53,924 bases of DNA from an uncultured Clostridia bacterium. GTDB taxonomy: Bacteria; Bacillota; Clostridia; Christensenellales; UBA1242. Numbering within the stretch: the first letter of the stretch is position 1; each line of letters opens with the position of its first letter. Positions 51,817 through 53,924 of this stretch are shown piece after piece. The stretch covers positions 1-53,924 of the forward strand of contig CALVNP010000004.1 in NCBI GenBank assembly GCA_944349805.1, given 5' to 3'. Both the position numbers and the translations under genes were made by a program. The notes under the pieces were generated by a model. It saw only the letters and a program-made list of their open reading frames with translations, made no database searches and was not told the origin of the DNA.

Positions 51817-52692
51817 ATGGAATTTGATTTAGACAAGGTGTTCCCTAATCTGGTTTTTAAAGAATTGCAAGAGGACGAGTTTGCAGACAAAGACGGCTAC
51901 CCTTATTGTAAAAAATGTAAAAAGCCAAGATTTTATAAATTTGAAAATGGCGACAAAGTTGTTCTAATGCGAGGCAAATGTGAGTGTCAGCTTGCAGAAA
52001 TAAAAAAGCGAGAAGAAGAGGAAAAAAGACAAAAAGCAATAACAGATTTTAGAGCTAGACAAAAAGGCTCTGCCATAGGCGAGAAATATTTAGAAGCCAG
52101 ATTCTCAACTGCAGAAATAACAACGCATAACAAAGAGGCTTATAAAAAGTGTGTTAATTATGCGAAAAATGCAGCTGAAGTCTTAAAAGAAGGAATTGGA
52201 TTATACATCTACGGAGACAACTCCTCTGGAAAATCTTATTTAATGGCTTGCTTATGTAACGCTTTAGTTGAAAAAGGTTATCGCTGCTTCTATACTTCTG
52301 TTCCTAAAATGATTGCAGAAATACAACAAAGCTATGGCAACGATTCTGCTATGGGTCAAGCAAAGCTTGTTAATATGTTAAGCAAGATGTCGTTTGTATT
52401 TATAGACGATTTAGGAAAGGAATTTTTGGGCAGAGAAAATAACGCAAACACTGCGAAATTTACAGAAAAAGTATTGCTTGAAGTTTTAAACGCTATATAC
52501 AACAATGGCAATTCTGTAATATTTAGCTCTAACTACTCTATTCCAGAACTTGCAGAATCGTTTAGTCTGGATAAAGCAATTATGGAAAGAATAAACGAAA
52601 TGGCTACAAGGGTTATAAAACTCGAAGGCGACAATTTTAGAGACAAGATTCTAAAAGAAAAAAGCAATAAAGCTAAAAAGTTAGGAATTTAA
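51817..52692 (+). CDS. DnaC-like AAA+ helicase loader
   Basis: 291 aa. N-terminal Cys pairs (CKKC..., C.C). Walker A GDNSSGKS. Walker B FVFIDDLG. Confidence 0.75.
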   Translation: MEFDLDKVFPNLVFKELQEDEFADKDGYPYCKKCKKPRFYKFENGDKVVLMRGKCECQLAEIKKREEEEKRQKAITDFRARQKGSAIGEKYLEARFSTAEITTHNKEAYKKCVNYAKNAAEVLKEGIGLYIYGDNSSGKSYLMACLCNALVEKGYRCFYTSVPKMIAEIQQSYGNDSAMGQAKLVNMLSKMSFVFIDDLGKEFLGRENNANTAKFTEKVLLEVLNAIYNNGNSVIFSSNYSIPELAESFSLDKAIMERINEMATRVIKLEGDNFRDKILKEKSNKAKKLGI

Positions 52693-52693
52693 A

Positions 52694-53002
52694 ATGTTTA
52701 TAAAATCAACAAAACAAAAAGAATACACCTACAAAGTTTTAAGAGTTTTTAAGAATGAGCCAGACGGCAGACCTTTTACAACTTTAGTTCTGTATTCAAA
52801 GAAGCCGGACGGAACTATTCTAAATGCTGAAGTTACAGTATGGGAAACTCTCAATGCAGAAGTTGGAGATATGGTTGCTCTTTATGATATATCTAGTGTT
52901 GATTATGAAGAGAAAGATAAAGGTTATTCTGTATTTAAAACAATAAAAATAAAATCTTCACAAGTGAAAGTGATTAAGGAGAAAGTATGGAAGAAGAATT
53001 AG
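52694..53002 (+). CDS. Hypothetical prophage protein
   Basis: 102 aa. It starts 1 nt after the upstream stop. Confidence 0.45.
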   Translation: MFIKSTKQKEYTYKVLRVFKNEPDGRPFTTLVLYSKKPDGTILNAEVTVWETLNAEVGDMVALYDISSVDYEEKDKGYSVFKTIKIKSSQVKVIKEKVWKKN

Positions 53003-53319
53003 AAAGGCAATATCAAGAGCAAATGGAAGAAGAAAAACTTATAAACGACGAGATGTTGTACGACGAAGAGATTGCTCTTGAAAAACAAAAAGAAAAGCTC
53101 GAAAAAGATATTTTCGAAATTCGTATGCAGCTAAAAGAAAATAAAATACTAGAGCTTCGTAAAAAGCGTGGCGAAGAAGTAAATCCACGAGACGAAGTCT
53201 GGGCTTTAAGGGCTACACAAGCTCTTATGATTAAAAAAAGAAATTTAAAAAAATTAAACAAAAAGCTTATGGAATATAAAAAGCTTTTATATGGAGGCAA
53301 TTATGGAAAAAGTGAATAG
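52987..53319 (+). CDS. Hypothetical coiled-coil prophage protein
   Basis: 110 aa, E/K-rich. SD AAGGAG. Confidence 0.45.
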   Translation: MEEELERQYQEQMEEEKLINDEMLYDEEIALEKQKEKLEKDIFEIRMQLKENKILELRKKRGEEVNPRDEVWALRATQALMIKKRNLKKLNKKLMEYKKLLYGGNYGKSE

Positions 53320-53671
53320 CGTTCTTGAATTTGCAAACGGAGCTATGACAGAACGAATAAATTACGAGCTTATCAAAGTTATGGAAAATATTAAAAACCC
53401 AAACACTGACGAGAAGCCAAGAAAACTTACAGTAGAAATAACTATTACACCAATAAATAACAGAAATGCGGTTAGTTTAAACACTATTGTAAAAAAGAAA
53501 TTAAGCCCTACATCTGCTGTTTATACACAAATGGCAGTTCAAAACATTAACGGCAAAATTGCTGGTTACGAAATAACTGGCTTACAAGACGGACAAGCAA
53601 ATCTATTCGGCGAAGTCCACCAAACAAAATTTGTTGAATTAAAAGAAATTAAAGAAGAGGAGAATTTATAA
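53303..53671 (+). CDS. Hypothetical prophage protein
   Basis: 122 aa from the ATG at 53303 (SD GGAGG 5 nt upstream). The track start at 53291 has no SD. Confidence 0.5.
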   Translation: MEKVNSVLEFANGAMTERINYELIKVMENIKNPNTDEKPRKLTVEITITPINNRNAVSLNTIVKKKLSPTSAVYTQMAVQNINGKIAGYEITGLQDGQANLFGEVHQTKFVELKEIKEEENL

Positions 53672-53924
53672 AATGGAAAACATTGTAAGAGATATTCAAA
53701 AAATAATTGAAGAAAATATCAGAATTGTAGAAATCAACGGAGAGAAGTATAGCAATCAAGACTTAAAACTAATCAGACAAACAGATAAAGCTTCACAAAT
53801 AGAGTTCAACGACTTAAGCTCGATTGTCTCTATGATTAAAAACGAAGCAGACAGATTCAAACTTCCGCTATACATAAATATTGAAAACGAAGGCAGAGTT
53901 TCTGTTTTAACTTCAATGGACGAA
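53672..53924 (+). CDS. Hypothetical prophage protein, 5-prime fragment (the ORF is open to the window end)
   Basis: ATG at 53672 with SD GAGGAG. 84 codons without a stop (MENIVRDIQKIIEENIRIVEINGEKY...). It is absent from the track because no stop codon is in the window. Confidence 0.5.

Larger units (their letters stand above)
44429..53924. mobile_element. Prophage or phage-like integrated element, left arm only (integration, lysogeny switch, recombination and replication modules). It continues past the window end.
   Basis: Gene order: serine recombinase, TM protein, XRE repressor, divergent Cro-like gene, nuclease, ERF, NinB, HNH, SSB, replisome organizer, DnaC-like. Genes are tightly packed and overlapping. 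There is a visible shift to more G/C-containing codons (GACGGC, GACGAC, AGACGG) than in the host part. The left boundary is approximate (44.43-44.56 kb). Confidence 0.85.

Noticed and set aside
1-53924. I looked across the window for these: CRISPR arrays; a reverse transcriptase with DGR template/variable repeats for the giant gene; an encapsulin shell gene for the EncFtn-like protein; toxin-antitoxin pairs; known defence systems; rRNA; riboswitch or T-box leaders; and signs of an alternative genetic code.
   Set aside because: I found no regularly spaced short repeats, no RT-like ORF and no HK97-fold-like ORF. There is no conserved leader structure upstream of gltX or the other genes. Long ORFs, including 12.2 kb, are intact under the standard code with TAA, TGA and TAG all used as stops. 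This is absence by eye only, and HMM or Rfam scans would be needed to be definitive.

Overview
This is an AT-rich, Firmicutes-type chromosomal window. The taxon is inferred only from gene content: a yabP-yabQ-divIC-like trio, a Spo0A C-terminal-domain protein, a DnaD-domain plus DnaC/DnaI-like loader pair, AGGAGG-type ribosome-binding sites and the standard genetic code.

Positions 1 to about 44.4 kb look like host DNA.
- The window opens inside a tandem array of a hairpin-rich, ~132-bp non-coding unit that lies next to an elongator tRNA-Met(CAT).
- Recognisable housekeeping genes are a yqeY-like gene, a metallophosphoesterase, rsmH, a MarR-type regulator, yabP/yabQ/divIC-like, gltX, a phosphohexomutase, two Nudix hydrolases, a replication-loader pair, an M1-type zinc peptidase lipoprotein and cardiolipin synthase.
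- Between them sit large envelope proteins that I cannot assign to any family:
  - a 4,061-aa N-terminally anchored beta-rich protein (25744-37929);
  - a 1,143-aa membrane-anchored acidic protein;
  - an 847-aa protein with a central TM hairpin and a disordered P/S/T/Q linker;
  - a 603-aa Ser/Thr-rich coiled-coil protein;
  - an 808-aa beta-helix plus BspA-type LRR protein.
- An orphan encapsulated-ferritin-like (EncFtn-type) gene has no shell gene in the window.

Positions ~44.4 to 53.9 kb are the left arm of a prophage that runs off the window. It has visibly more G/C-containing codons than the host part.
- It encodes a large serine recombinase, a small TM protein and a divergent XRE repressor / Cro-like switch with a repeated GTTTC-N6-GAAAC operator.
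- The recombination module is a PD-(D/E)XK nuclease, an ERF-type annealase and a NinB/Orf-like gene that is apparently split at an A8 run.
- These are followed by an HNH nuclease, SSB, a replisome organizer and a DnaC-like loader.

I saw no CRISPR array, reverse transcriptase, rRNA or known defence system. The candidates most worth follow-up are the giant-protein locus, the structured tandem repeat at the window edge, the orphan EncFtn with its SD-sequestering terminator, and the recombinase 3-prime end / palindrome at the prophage junction. All family calls come from motif recognition by eye, not from database searches.
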